In this document: positions 52,869-63,721 of the stretch, one piece after another
How the letters are laid out: every line of letters starts with the position of its first letter
Position numbering within the stretch: position 1 is the first letter of the stretch
Assembly (NCBI GenBank): GCA_973895155.1
Contig: OZ316895.1
Coordinates: 20,288,803-20,352,802, forward strand
Reading direction: 5' to 3'
DNA length: 64,000 nucleotides
Source: Marsupella aquatica
Lineage: Eukaryota > Plantae > Marchantiophyta
Program-made: the position numbers and the translations under genes
Notes under the pieces: generated by a model
Databases searched by the model: none
What the model was told of the DNA's origin: nothing
Seen by the model: the letters and a program-made list of their open reading frames with translations, nothing else

Positions 52869-55800
52869 CTACTTGTGATGCAATTGCAAAACCTGCAATA
52901 CGTCACGGTGTCTAGAGAAACTCTCCAAAGGAATCACTTTGGTAAATGCGTCAGCCGGGTTGAGTTTACCATCAATCTTGACTAGCTCAAACAATTTATC
53001 AGACACAGCCTGCCTGATAAAATGGTACCTGACGTCAATGTGCTTCACTCTGCTGTCCATCACCTGGTTCACAGCAAGGTGGAGCGCACTTTGACTATCA
53101 CAATGGAGCTTCACATTCCCCTGTGGCAATCCCATTTCAGTGATAAGTCTATCCAACCAAATCGCTTCCTTTGCTGCTTCCGCAGCTGCAACATACTCTG
53201 CTTCTGTAGTAGACTGAGCAATACACTTCTGCAAAGTAGACCTCCAACTTATGCATCCACCGCCAAGTGTGAACACGTATCCTGTTGTTGATCTCCTTCG
53301 GTCCAAATCTTGTCCATAGTCAGAATCTACATAGCCAATCAATGATCTAGCATTCTTTGCATTCGCATCAAATAAAAGACCATGATCCACGGTACCCTTC
53401 AAGTACCTGATAATCCACTTCACTGCTTCCCAGTGTACCTTCCCTGGATTCGACATGTACCTGCTCACCTTGCCCATAGCCATGGCAAGATCAGGTCTAG
53501 TGCAAGTCATCAAATACATGAGACTCCCCACTGCCTTGTCATATGGAACCTTTGACATCAACCCCTTCTCTGTGTCATCCGTAGGACAGAACGCTGATGA
53601 TAACTTGAAGTGTGGAGCCAACGGGGTACTTACTGGCTTGCTATTCTCCATGTTGAACCTTGCAATTACCTTCCTCGCATAACTGCTCTGCGTCAACCAT
53701 AGCTTGCCAGCCTCCAAGTCCCTAGTGATCTCCATACCCAAAATCCTCTTAGCTGGCCCTAAGTCCTTCATCTTAAACTCTGCACTAAGCAGTGCCTTGA
53801 GCTTAACAATCTCAGACCTATCCTTGGCTGCAATTAGCATGTCATCCACATAAAGTACTAAAACAATGAACCCAAAGACAACATTCTTCACCGGTTTCAA
53901 ATACACACAAGGGTCAAATACACTTCTGTGAAAACCTTGTGACCGAATCCAATCGTCAAACCGCTTGTTCCACTGTCTTGGTGACTGCTTCAACCCATAC
54001 AAGGATTTCAGCAATCTGCAAACCAATTCCTCCTGTCCTCTCTTCACAAAACCTAGCGGTTGTCTCATGAAGATCACCTCTTCCAATGTGCCATAGAGAA
54101 AAGCTGTGACAACATCCATCTGATCTAGGAGCAGACCAAACATTACAACAAGTACACACAATAGTCGTATTGTAGAGTACTTAGCAACTGGTGAGAAGAC
54201 CTCATTGTAATCCACACCTTTCTCTTGTGTGAATCCCTTTGCTACCAATCTAGCCTTGTAGACCTTCGATCCACCTCCTATGGAATTATCCTTCAGCTTG
54301 TAAATCCACTTGCTGTCCACCACTTGCTGACCCTTAGGCAGCTTAACAAGCTCCCAAGTTTTGTTGTCCTTTAGTGACTGCATCTCTGTTTGCATTGCTG
54401 CAGTCCACTTTTGCTTCTCCTTTGAAGCACTTGCCTCATGAAATGAAGAAGGTTCTCCTTCTTCCAAAATTAACGCATCACCCTCATCATCAGCTGTAAA
54501 ATCATCCTCTTGCAGTTGAGATGAATCAACCCACTGTCCATACCTTGATGGAGCGCGTACAGTGCGACCAGATGTTCTTCTAGCCGATGACTCCGGTTGA
54601 TCTGCGTGTGCTGGTACAATTTGAAGCTCAACAGCATCCACTTGCTGCTCACCAGCATCAACAAACTCCTCTGGTTCCTCTGGCACAGGAACCAGCTCCA
54701 TAATTGGAGCAACTCCTTCTCTCCGGTCATGCACCTCATAACCAATCTCCCCCTCAACGAGATCCGGGATAGGAGATTTTCTTTTGTCAGTACGGGAGAC
54801 CTGAGTATTCTCCCCCTCCTTCAATAATCTGGATTCATTGAAGGAAACATCCCTACTGACAACGAGCTTACAGGCAATAGGATCCCATAGCCTATAGGCT
54901 TTCACACCACTCTGGTACCCAAGAAAAACACATTTCCTGGAGGTAGGATCCAACTTGGTCCTATTCTGCTTTGGTGTGAGAGCATATGCATCACTTCCAA
55001 AAATTACCAAGCCATGATAGTCTGCTTGCCGCTTATAGCGCATCTCAAACGGCGTTTTGAAATTGATAGCACTAGAAGGAGAAAGATTTACCAAATAAGC
55101 TGCGGTATTGACAGCTTCTGCCCAAAATTCTTGTGGTAAACCTGATTGGCTCAACATACTCCGTGACCGCTCCAACAGTGTCCGATTGAGCCTCTCAGCG
55201 ACACCATTCTGCTGCGGAGTATAAACTGTGGTGAGATGGCGAGTTATCCCCTGTTCTGAACAGTACTCTTCAAATTCCATTGAAGTGTACTCCCCGCCGT
55301 TGTCTGACCTCAAACTCTTCACCCTTGTATCCAAACACTTGATCGTGTTTCCAGTCTGATTCTCCACCTGGGCCTTCCATTTCTTAAAAATGGACAAGAC
55401 ATCAGACTTATGCGTCATGAAATAAATCCACACAAATCTTGAGTAATCATCAATAAATGATACATAGTACAACTTTCCAGAGTGTGAGGGAGTCGGGGAT
55501 GGACCCCACACGTCACTATGTATGTACTCAAGAACCGCTTTGGAACGATGAGTTCCAACACCAAAAGCACGACGATGCTGCTTTCCAAGAATGCAATGCT
55601 CACAAAACTCTAATTTACAAGATTGCAAATCAGAAATGAGTCCATTCTTCCGTAAGATAGCCAAACCCTTCTCACTCATGTGGCCTAGCCGTGAATGCCA
55701 CAGTTGAGTCATCTCCTCGTGAGACTTGGTTACATTGGCCTCTCCACATACAGTATTGCCCTGTAACACATACAAATTCTTTTGTCTACTCCCCTTCAAA

Positions 55801-56141
55801 ATCACTGTCTCTCCCGACCTGACTTGAAGTTCACCATCAATAACGCTCCATTGATGACCATTTGAATCCAACACACCGAGTGAAATCAGATTCTTACGCA
55901 TGCCAGGTACATACCTGACTCCGGACACTGTGCGCACAGCGCCATCAAACATTTGAATCTTCACAAATCCAATTCCCTCAATTTGACAGGAGTGATCATT
56001 TCCCATCAGAACTGAACCGTTTGAAATAGAGTAAGAACTGAAAAACTCACGAATGTAACAAATATGAAAAGAGCAAGCACAATCAAGAATCCACACATCA
56101 TCTGCTCTCCTAGATGACGTGCACAGGGCATACCCCCGGCT
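52869..56141 (-). CDS. pol: Copia pol (protease, GAG-pre-integrase, integrase, RT, RNase H)
   Basis: WILDCACSFH; LWHSRLGH...CEHC; HSDVWGP, LRSDNGGEY, QQNGVAERLNRTL; YKARLVAKGF, LYGLKQSPRQW, LYVDDML; GYVDSDY, STTEAEY, VKHIDVRYHFIR. Confidence 0.97.
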   Translation of the reverse strand, partial: SRGYALCTSSRRADDVWILDCACSFHICYIREFFSSYSISNGSVLMGNDHSCQIEGIGFVKIQMFDGAVRTVSGVRYVPGMRKNLISLGVLDSNGHQWSVIDGELQVRSGETVILKGSRQKNLYVLQGNTVCGEANVTKSHEEMTQLWHSRLGHMSEKGLAILRKNGLISDLQSCKLEFCEHCILGKQHRRAFGVGTHRSKAVLEYIHSDVWGPSPTPSHSGKLYYVSFIDDYSRFVWIYFMTHKSDVLSIFKKWKAQVENQTGNTIKCLDTRVKSLRSDNGGEYTSMEFEEYCSEQGITRHLTTVYTPQQNGVAERLNRTLLERSRSMLSQSGLPQEFWAEAVNTAAYLVNLSPSSAINFKTPFEMRYKRQADYHGLVIFGSDAYALTPKQNRTKLDPTSRKCVFLGYQSGVKAYRLWDPIACKLVVSRDVSFNESRLLKEGENTQVSRTDKRKSPIPDLVEGEIGYEVHDRREGVAPIMELVPVPEEPEEFVDAGEQQVDAVELQIVPAHADQPESSARRTSGRTVRAPSRYGQWVDSSQLQEDDFTADDEGDALILEEGEPSSFHEASASKEKQKWTAAMQTEMQSLKDNKTWELVKLPKGQQVVDSKWIYKLKDNSIGGGSKVYKARLVAKGFTQEKGVDYNEVFSPVAKYSTIRLLCVLVVMFGLLLDQMDVVTAFLYGTLEEVIFMRQPLGFVKRGQEELVCRLLKSLYGLKQSPRQWNKRFDDWIRSQGFHRSVFDPCVYLKPVKNVVFGFIVLVLYVDDMLIAAKDRSEIVKLKALLSAEFKMKDLGPAKRILGMEITRDLEAGKLWLTQSSYARKVIARFNMENSKPVSTPLAPHFKLSSAFCPTDDTEKGLMSKVPYDKAVGSLMYLMTCTRPDLAMAMGKVSRYMSNPGKVHWEAVKWIIRYLKGTVDHGLLFDANAKNARSLIGYVDSDYGQDLDRRRSTTGYVFTLGGGCISWRSTLQKCIAQSTTEAEYVAAAEAAKEAIWLDRLITEMGLPQGNVKLHCDSQSALHLAVNQVMDSRVKHIDVRYHFIRQAVSDKLFELVKIDGKLNPADAFTKVIPLESFSRHRDVLQVLQLHHK

Positions 56142-57176
56142 TCATAAAACATACTCATCATTGAGTAAATCAGCTTCTCCATCAGCCCTAGCCACATTTG
56201 CCGATGAAGTTTCCGCTGCCTTTCCCTTACAGTCTCGCTTGAAGTGTCCAACTTGGTTGCACTTCCAACATGTCACCTGCCTCCTCTGAGGGGATTTACC
56301 CTTGGACTTAGATCTGGATTTAGATCTAAACTGGGTTCTACGGTCCCCAGTTGGTCGCTGCATACTCCTCCCACGGTTAACATTGAGGGCAACACCAGAT
56401 GATGAAGGCTGTGACGTGATGTGCATCTTCTGCTGAAGATCATCACTAAGCAGAGAACTTACCACGTCATTGTATGAAATGGTATCCCTATCACGATGCA
56501 ACAACACTCGTGATAGGGACTGGTAAGATGGAGGCAATGAACTAAGAAGCTGCAGAGCCTTCGTCTCATCATTCAAAGTCTCCCCAAGGTTTTCCAAGTC
56601 AACGACCATGTCGTTGAAAGCATCCACATGGTCTTGCAACTTCGTACCAGATTCCTTCATCCTGAAACTCATCAGTTTGTAGGAAGTGTAGAGCCGGTTC
56701 GACAACTCCTTGCGGTGATACTTGCTCTGCAATTCCGCAAATAAGGACATGCAATCCTTATGTGCACCCAACTGCTTGATGATGGGAGGCATGAGATAGA
56801 GTGTAACACACCACACTCCCTGCTCCTGCATGCGGTCCCATTGTTTCTCATCAACATCGTCTTCACGAGGGCTCAGCAGTTGGCCCATCCCTGACGCATA
56901 AAGCACTCCCTTCACCTGCTTCTCCCATAGCAAGTAGTCAGAGCGCCCATCATACTTTGTCACTTCATACTTGGGTCCCCCAAGCTTGAAAGTCCCCATC
57001 TTCTTCTTTACCGTGAGCTCCGGTAGTAGTACTGCTTCCTCCACCACACGCCGCACCGGTGATGGTATCGGTGTCACGTGCTCTTCCTCCTGCTCCTCTC
57101 TCTGCCCCTGAAACCTCCGCGGTGACCCTCGTGCTTCAAGTTCCACGTCTTCGAAAAACTCCTCCGAATCACTCAT
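56142..57176 (-). CDS. gag: Copia gag with CCHC zinc knuckle
   Basis: KYDGRSDYLLWEKQVK; LLSSLPPSY; CWKCNQVGHFKRDC. Confidence 0.95.
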   Translation of the reverse strand: MSDSEEFFEDVELEARGSPRRFQGQREEQEEEHVTPIPSPVRRVVEEAVLLPELTVKKKMGTFKLGGPKYEVTKYDGRSDYLLWEKQVKGVLYASGMGQLLSPREDDVDEKQWDRMQEQGVWCVTLYLMPPIIKQLGAHKDCMSLFAELQSKYHRKELSNRLYTSYKLMSFRMKESGTKLQDHVDAFNDMVVDLENLGETLNDETKALQLLSSLPPSYQSLSRVLLHRDRDTISYNDVVSSLLSDDLQQKMHITSQPSSSGVALNVNRGRSMQRPTGDRRTQFRSKSRSKSKGKSPQRRQVTCWKCNQVGHFKRDCKGKAAETSSANVARADGEADLLNDEYVL

Positions 57177-58330
57177 ATGAGAAAATCACAAAAAATGTTG
57201 TTTTTCACAACTTCTCAAAAAACTCGAAACTCAACACCGCCGCGTAGCCCACAAAGCTAGGAGTCCAATACTGAAAACCGAAATCAAAATCGAAATTTGA
57301 CGGAAAAGTTATTCAAATTTCGGTCGAGGTGGGTAAAACCTTGGGAAACTCCCCCGTTTTGACCACCTCAGGGAATAACCGAAATACCAAGTACAACCCG
57401 TTGTCGGAATTGCGATGTGATTGGTGCGCTGCATTGCCAACTTCAATGGCTACGACCTCGCCGAAAAATAACCAAAAAAGTTACCGTTCGGCGGATGAAA
57501 TCTTTGTCGGACGGTCAAAAAATAGCTCTCTGGTTTTTTGGAATATTCTATGACCCTTGTACAGGCCCTGTGGGAATTTTGGAAGAACAATCGAGGGGCT
57601 GACATGTGTCCTCGAACCCCCAAAACCCCCTACCACCCTTCGTCGTCGAAATCTGGTCGCGCGCGCAGAAAATACACACGGCAGAATGTACCCCTCGACA
57701 CCAAACGCAAGATATCTCACTCGGGTTTTGACTAAATCAAGATCCGATTTCAGATTTGGAAACTAGACTCCGAGGCGATGAAGATCGATATAAGAAGCAC
57801 CCAAAACGAGGAAAGAACGAGGGAGAAAAAAATTGGTAAAGATGACAGATTTCTCTCAATTGCCATAGCCAATTTCGAATCAGTTTTTCAAAGAGAAAAA
57901 AATGGTACCTTGTCAACAACGAATGTTGATCAATTGCACTTGGTGTCGTCACCAAGTCCAACAAGGTAATTGATTTTGCTTAGCCTTCCTCTTTGCATCA
58001 AAGAGCCAATCCCGGACTCAAAAACAATCGTCTTGCCTCAATCTCTCCGTTGAGTCAAAACACTTGACGCTTCTCCCTCCGAGTCGATTGCCAACTTTCT
58101 TCACAAAATCCAGAACGACGAAAACTTAGATCTCTCTGCACCACGAGCTCCGTTCAACGATTTCTTCACACCGTTAGAAAGCTCTTGCCCTGATCTATCC
58201 GTTGAGCCCATAAACTCCAAGTTCCATGCGATGGAACTCTGGAAAATCCACCAACACTCAACGCTGGAAAAACCGTCATGAAATCCCGTCACGAACACAC
58301 GTCACCTCCCAAGCATGCTCTGATACCAAT

Positions 58331-58733
58331 TGTTGAGCATAGACGACGATCGCAACGGCAAGCCCATGAACCATCCAACGCACAATAGTCGACACAAGAG
58401 ATACGTGGTTCACCTCCTTGAGGCTACGTCCACGGGAACACACAAGAGAGCTTTACTGAACTCTAAGCCCGTCGGCTATACCGAGTCTCCACAGTGTAAG
58501 CTCTCCCTATCTCTCAAGTGGCTCCATAACAATGAGCCTTGGTTCTACCTCTCCAAGTACACATGCCTCTTATGATATAGTGTGCAACTTAGTTGTACCT
58601 AACCACATAGTTGTACCTAACCACATAGTTGTACCTAATCACGTAGTTGTACCTAACCACATAGTTGTACCAACCCACATTGTTGTACCAACCACGTCAT
58701 ACCTAACCTAGACGTAAGAGTAAATACCCAACA
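58331..58733 (-). repeat. Copia 5' LTR
   Basis: Adjacent to the PBS; direct repeat of 52275-52677. Confidence 0.95.
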
Positions 58734-59207
58734 AGTTCTAGTCTACTATCGTATAAAGAGGGAAAAACCGGTTTGGTTTTTCTTTCCAAAACTTCCCATT
58801 GAGCAATCATATTAGTAGCAGTCTTTACCCTCCCCTAGACCAGAGTCAAGGGGGAGATTGTTAGGATTTACTCTTAGGTCTAGATTAACGATTGTACCGT
58901 ACGTAGTTAAGGCTAACCATGGTCACAAACTTGGTTAGGTTAGTCATGTTGTGCACACTCTATAACCAAGCGGTGTTTGCTTGGAGAGTGGGAACTGAGG
59001 CTCATTGTTACGGAGCTAGTTGAGAGATAGAGAGAGCTTGCGCTGTGGATGCTTGGTATGGCCGGTTGGCCTAGAGTGCAGTAAAGCTCATGTGTGTTCC
59101 CGTGGACGTAGCCTCATGTGGAGGTGAACCACGTATCTCTCTGTGTTGACTCTTATGCGTTGGATGGTTCATGGGCTTGCCGTTGCGATTGTCGTCTATG
59201 CTCAACA

Positions 59208-59760
59208 GAGGGTACTCTTATCAATGGGTATGTTTATCAATGGGGTACTTTGATCAATGAGGGTACTCTTATCAGTGAGGATACATACTCTTATTAGTGA
59301 GGGTACGTTTATCAATGATGGTACTTTGATCAATGAAGGTACCCTTATCAATGAGGGTACCCTTAGCAATGAGGGTACCCTTAGCAATGAGGCTACTCTT
59401 ATTAGTGTGGATACTCTTATCAATGGGTAGGTGGTACTTTGATCAATGAGGGTTCTCTTATTAGTGTGGATACTCTTATCAATGGGTAGGTGGTACTTTG
59501 ATCAATGAGGGTACCCTTATCAATGAGGGTACTCTTATTAGTGAGGGTACCCTTAGCAATGAGGGTACTTTTATTAGTGTGGGTACTCTTATAAATGGGT
59601 AGGTTTATAAACGATGGTACTTTGATTAATGGTACTTTGATTAATGAGGGTACCCTTAGCGCGCAATGAGGGTACACTTATTAGTGAGGGTACTCTTATC
59701 AATGGGTAAGTTTACCATCTTATCAATGGGTAAGTTTACCAAGGATGGTAAGTTTATCAG
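59208..59760. repeat. Minisatellite, ~18-bp unit GAGGGTACTCTTATCAAT, roughly 30 degenerate copies
   Basis: Tandem GAGGGTAC(T/C)CTTA(T/G)(C/T)A(A/G)T units starting right after the old LTR. Confidence 0.9.
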
Positions 59761-60198
59761 TGATCTGCAATGATGTCTCATGTAGTTCACTAGGATGTCT
59801 CTGCGGCAATCACCCTTGCTTATCATGGTCTAACAAGCAACTGACCAAAATTAAGAATGCCGCCCTGTTCCGTGCAATTTAATGTAAGATTCCTAGATCA
59901 ATCTCAGCGATTTGAACCTTTGGCTTTGCGCAACAATATCTTCTTTGCTTCATCTGGAATGCCTTAGTCTTTGAATGTCAAGCACTAATCAAGATATTCA
60001 CTTTTTAAGCATAAGCAAAGCATTTAAGTGCTTGAAGTGAGCTGAGTGTACGGTCTGATTAAAGGACCTTTTATGAAGAACCTCATAGGATGCGTGAATT
60101 TGTATCCAAAATTCGTGACGTTGTCTCCGTTGCTTTCGGCAACATTGTTCTTCTCAAACCGTCCTCTTAACAAAGCCTGTGGGTTTCTTTGCTCGCAG

Positions 60199-61379
60199 AT
60201 AGAGGTGGAAAATCCTTGTGTCATTATGACTCAAGATAAGAGCCGGGAATTCCTGCATGGAGGCTCCGATAAAGAGAAACTCAAGGTAAATTTAATGTAC
60301 AGTCTGAGAGTTGTGGTCACCCTCGGATAACGATCACTGGATAAAAGTGGTACACAAAAGACTTTTGTTGAGCGTTCTGTCTCAACAGATTTGGATTAGA
60401 CCACTTCTATAATTGCACCTTTCGGAACGTACCTTACCAGCATTTTGTGTACTTGTCCTCCAGTTCTTCTTCAAAGCGACGCTTTTGCAGCACTTCAGTG
60501 AGCTTCTTACAGAATGGGAGGGGAATCTTAGCACAGCTGAGAGCATCGTGGATGCATTGTGTGCTAGTCTTCAGCCAACTAAAGATGAGCCCAAGCAAAT
60601 AGAAGAGCAGTTGAAGAGCCTGGAACAAGTGGAAGTACTGCGTGTGGAGATAGAAATGCTCGAAAACATCTATGCTTGGACTTGGGTCAGAGAAACGGAA
60701 CCAGCTCTCGGGGATGCTGAAAGGCATTTGGACGAGCTGAAAACTCGAATACGTCTTTGTCAAAAAAAAATCGATGATGCGCAGGTGACGGCTCAATTCC
60801 TCATCCTCTCGGGTGGTGTCATTGCCGATCATGAGAATAGGAAGAACCCGCAGAGTCAGAAGTTCCTGGTAATCTGTTTTGTAGTATGGCTTTCATATGC
60901 GATGTCGTTTCTGTGAATTCAGCTGTTTGGCTGAAATATGCTGGATCTTTGTCCATTAGTATGTATATCTGTGGTAGATTCTTTTGGCTGTCGTTATATC
61001 TCCTCACATTGTCTCTATCGACAGCTGAGATTAGATCTTAAGAGAGAAGCTCATGCTGAGAAGAAAGCATTTATTGCACGGATGTTAAACGACACAGAGG
61101 AACTGCGGCAGTCTCAAAATGCGCTGAACCTGGCACTAACAGAGGTACTCATGGCTGACTGGTGACTTCTAATTTTCTCTGAAGGCGTAGCACTTGGTAT
61201 TGTCTTGAATGGACAGATAATTTGAAAGCGTGTGACATATGCAGGCAACGAGAGAAAAGGTTCAAGCTGATGAAAATACAAAAAGGGCGAGACGAAATGT
61301 ACAGGAAATAAACGACCGTCTTCACCGCTTGGAACGTGAGATCTTTGAAATGGAACAGCGAATGTTGCAAGATACACAG
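60199..61379 (+). CDS. SMC6: SMC6-like protein, N-terminal/first coiled-coil exons (fragment)
   Basis: Four open phase-0 GT-AG exons: 60199-60285 (IEVENPCVIMTQDKSREFLHGGSDKEKLK), 60464-60784 (FFFKATLLQ...YAWTWV), 61025-61144 and 61245-61379. Confidence 0.88.
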
Positions 61380-61890
61380 GTTTGTGTTTTTCCCAACATA
61401 TACATGGTATGCAGTCTATACCACATATGGTTAAATATTGTTTTGCCTTGCAAAAGTCCTACTTAACGAGTACCGCCGTTGTACAAGGGAGACCAATCTT
61501 TCATAGGTTGTGGAAAAGATTACAATTTAGCACTGCGGCGACCTGTTGCACTTCTTTTCCTTCTTAAGTGGCAGTCCTTCGGCCTTCTTGATTTTCCCTT
61601 CTCTTGCTTGCACAGTCACCTCTTGTAAGCATTTTTGATGTGTTTCGAGGGGCGATCGTGTTATAAATACGATGGGATATGTTTTCCCTGGGACTCTTAC
61701 AAGCTCCTAAAGTTATACCGGTGTTGATCTTATCACTAAGTATATATCCCTGAGGGCTTACTTAACAGTACATACCTGCCATTGAGCCATTGAGCCATTG
61801 AGCCATTGAGCCGTACTTCAAAGAAAATGATCTTAATGTTAATGGAAACAATAGTCCCACATTGGCTGACGCGTTGGTGGTGCTTTTCAG

Positions 61891-62747
61891 GAGAAATGCT
61901 CGACGGAAGATTGTAACTTGCCTGCATATTGACACTTCCACCTTTTCAACGCAAAGGATATGGTCGTTTTCTCATCTCCTTCCTTACTTCAGCGGGATAT
62001 TAATATTAAGTGTGGTTGGAATAGCAAGAACAAACTGCAATCGCTGATTCTATTTGGGAACTATGTACGCTTTTTACTTTAAGGGTGGCTTGATTTATTA
62101 ATGAACTAGCATGCTGATTAGAATGCAAAGTGCGCTGTCACTGCACTTCAAGCTCATAACCGAAGATGCTGATGAGTTTTGTAGCGTACGAACCGTCCAA
62201 GAAGGAAGCAAAAGTTGGAACTCCTGAAAGACCTCTTTCTGATCTGGGACAGGTAAACACTTCCTTACAGAATCTACATTTCTTCATGGACAAGTGAGCC
62301 ACTTTGTTGTAACGCTTTTATGCTACGGTTCGCGTTTCCAGGGTTTCAATTGCTTAAAATATAATTGAGCAATGCCGGGGCTGACATTTTGTATGTCACG
62401 GGTAAGTTTTAGGAGCTACTGGACAACGGTTCTGTTAGGGATACTGCGAGATCATCGAGGGAACCTTTCGATCAAGGTTGGAAACGATGCTAAAGTTACT
62501 GTGCTCTGTTTTAATTCAACTACATTCAGTGGCAGAAATGGTTCTCTTGGTCTGCTATTTACCAATCTTGCTTCCATCTGAGAGTACATTCCTATGACTG
62601 GTTGAGGGACGCCATTTCAGCGGGCTTCTTAACACGTTGTTACTTGTGGGTCGTTTCATGCATGATTTTCTTGCAGGACCTGAGTTCCATGATTGCCATC
62701 CGTACTGATGATATCATCAGCACTCTTCAGTCCCTCATTTGATCAAG
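61891..62747 (+). pseudogene. MYST-family histone acetyltransferase (HAM1/HAM2-like) C-terminal exons, decayed
   Basis: [31 protein letters not shown] (61891-~61984), YEPSKKEAKVGTPERPLSDLGQ (62185-62251), VSFRSYWTTVLLGILRDHRGNLSIK (62402-62476) and DLSSMIAIRTDDIISTLQSL (62678-62747); damaged splice sites and a frameshift. Confidence 0.88.
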
Positions 62748-63194
62748 TAAGCTTGATTTGAGTGTTTTCCTCACGTTGCAAATAGATTCAGGCAGAGGCA
62801 TTAGCTAGAAACAAAAAGTTTGGGAATGTGGACTGTGAGAGATTTCCGTTTTTTAAAGAGTTTTCCATATTTTTTAAACCCATCAGTCCATTGCGTACTT
62901 GTCAAGACAGTTTGCCTCTAGGTGACTTCCACCCCTGGATTCATTTAGGGTAGCTTAATTTTCCAGGAAAGCTTGGAAGCCCCCTTGCTTAGCAGGTGGG
63001 CTACTTGAAGTCTTTTATTGAGCAATAATTGACGATCTGTTTCCTCCACAGTCAGAAAACATTACATAGGGGATTTTGTTACCAAGGGTTGACCCCGATC
63101 GGAATGTAAAAAAAAGCGAACCTACTGCCATCCTGGACCAAGAGTTAAGTAACCAGTGTTATCTTATACCCTTGGGCTGACCACCCTTTGGCGG

Positions 63195-63721
63195 GGCGGT
63201 CTTTGCGAGGCCCCAATTATATACACAGAGAATGATGGACTGAGAGAATCATCGTTCGTGAACCCCCATAGAAGCGCGAGGTCGAGAGAACACGGCAGTG
63301 GGCACAGAGAGAGAATTGATAGCAATTTAAACGTGAGGTTTGATTCCCGATAAGCAGCCAAAGATGGGTGCAGCAGGCACACAGGAAGAATGATGTTCGT
63401 CCCGTCTCTTCTAGGCGGCAAGAGAGCATGTAGTCTGTTCTCCAACAACAAATCTCTGGTCCTCTCACTCTTCTTCCGTCCCGTCCGCTTTATGATCCTC
63501 TCGCTTCGCTGCTTCTCTCGTCCTGTTTGCTTAAAAGTCTCCTCTCCTTCTTCACGTGTTCGTCTTCCTGCTTGTAGTACTGGCAGGGCGGTCTATGCAA
63601 GGCCCCAATTATATACAGAGAATGATCAACTGAGAGAGGCATCGTTCATGAGCCCCCATAGGAGCGCGAGGTCGAGAGAACACGGCACTGGACACAGAGA
63701 GAGACATGATAGCAATTTAAA
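63195..63721. repeat. ~135-bp direct repeat, two copies (~63195-63331 and ~63587-63721)
   Basis: GGCCCCAATTATATACA...GCGCGAGGTCGAGAGAACACGGCA...GATAGCAATTTAAA occurs twice. Confidence 0.85.

Larger units (their letters stand above)
52275..58733 (-). mobile_element. Full-length young Ty1/Copia LTR retrotransposon
   Basis: 403-bp TG...CA LTRs at 52275-52677 and 58331-58733 look identical by eye. 5-bp TSD AGTTC at 52270-52274 and 58734-58738. PBS TGGTATCAGAGC (initiator tRNA-Met) at 58317-58328. PPT AAGGGGAAGA at ~52679-52689. gag and PR-IN-RT-RH ORFs are present. Confidence 0.97.
51840..59207 (+). mobile_element. Older, 5'-truncated Copia copy (RNase H end, 3' UTR, PPT, 3' LTR), split by the younger insertion
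   Basis: 51840-52200 encodes a decayed KCIAQSTTEVDY...RVKHIDVKYHFIR. The sequence resumes at 58739, with PPT AAGGGGGAGA at ~58848-58857 and a diverged LTR TGTT...AACA at 58859-59207. Confidence 0.85.

Noticed and set aside
59202-59677. ORFs with IRVPSL repeats
   Set aside because: These are translation artefacts of the 18-bp minisatellite.
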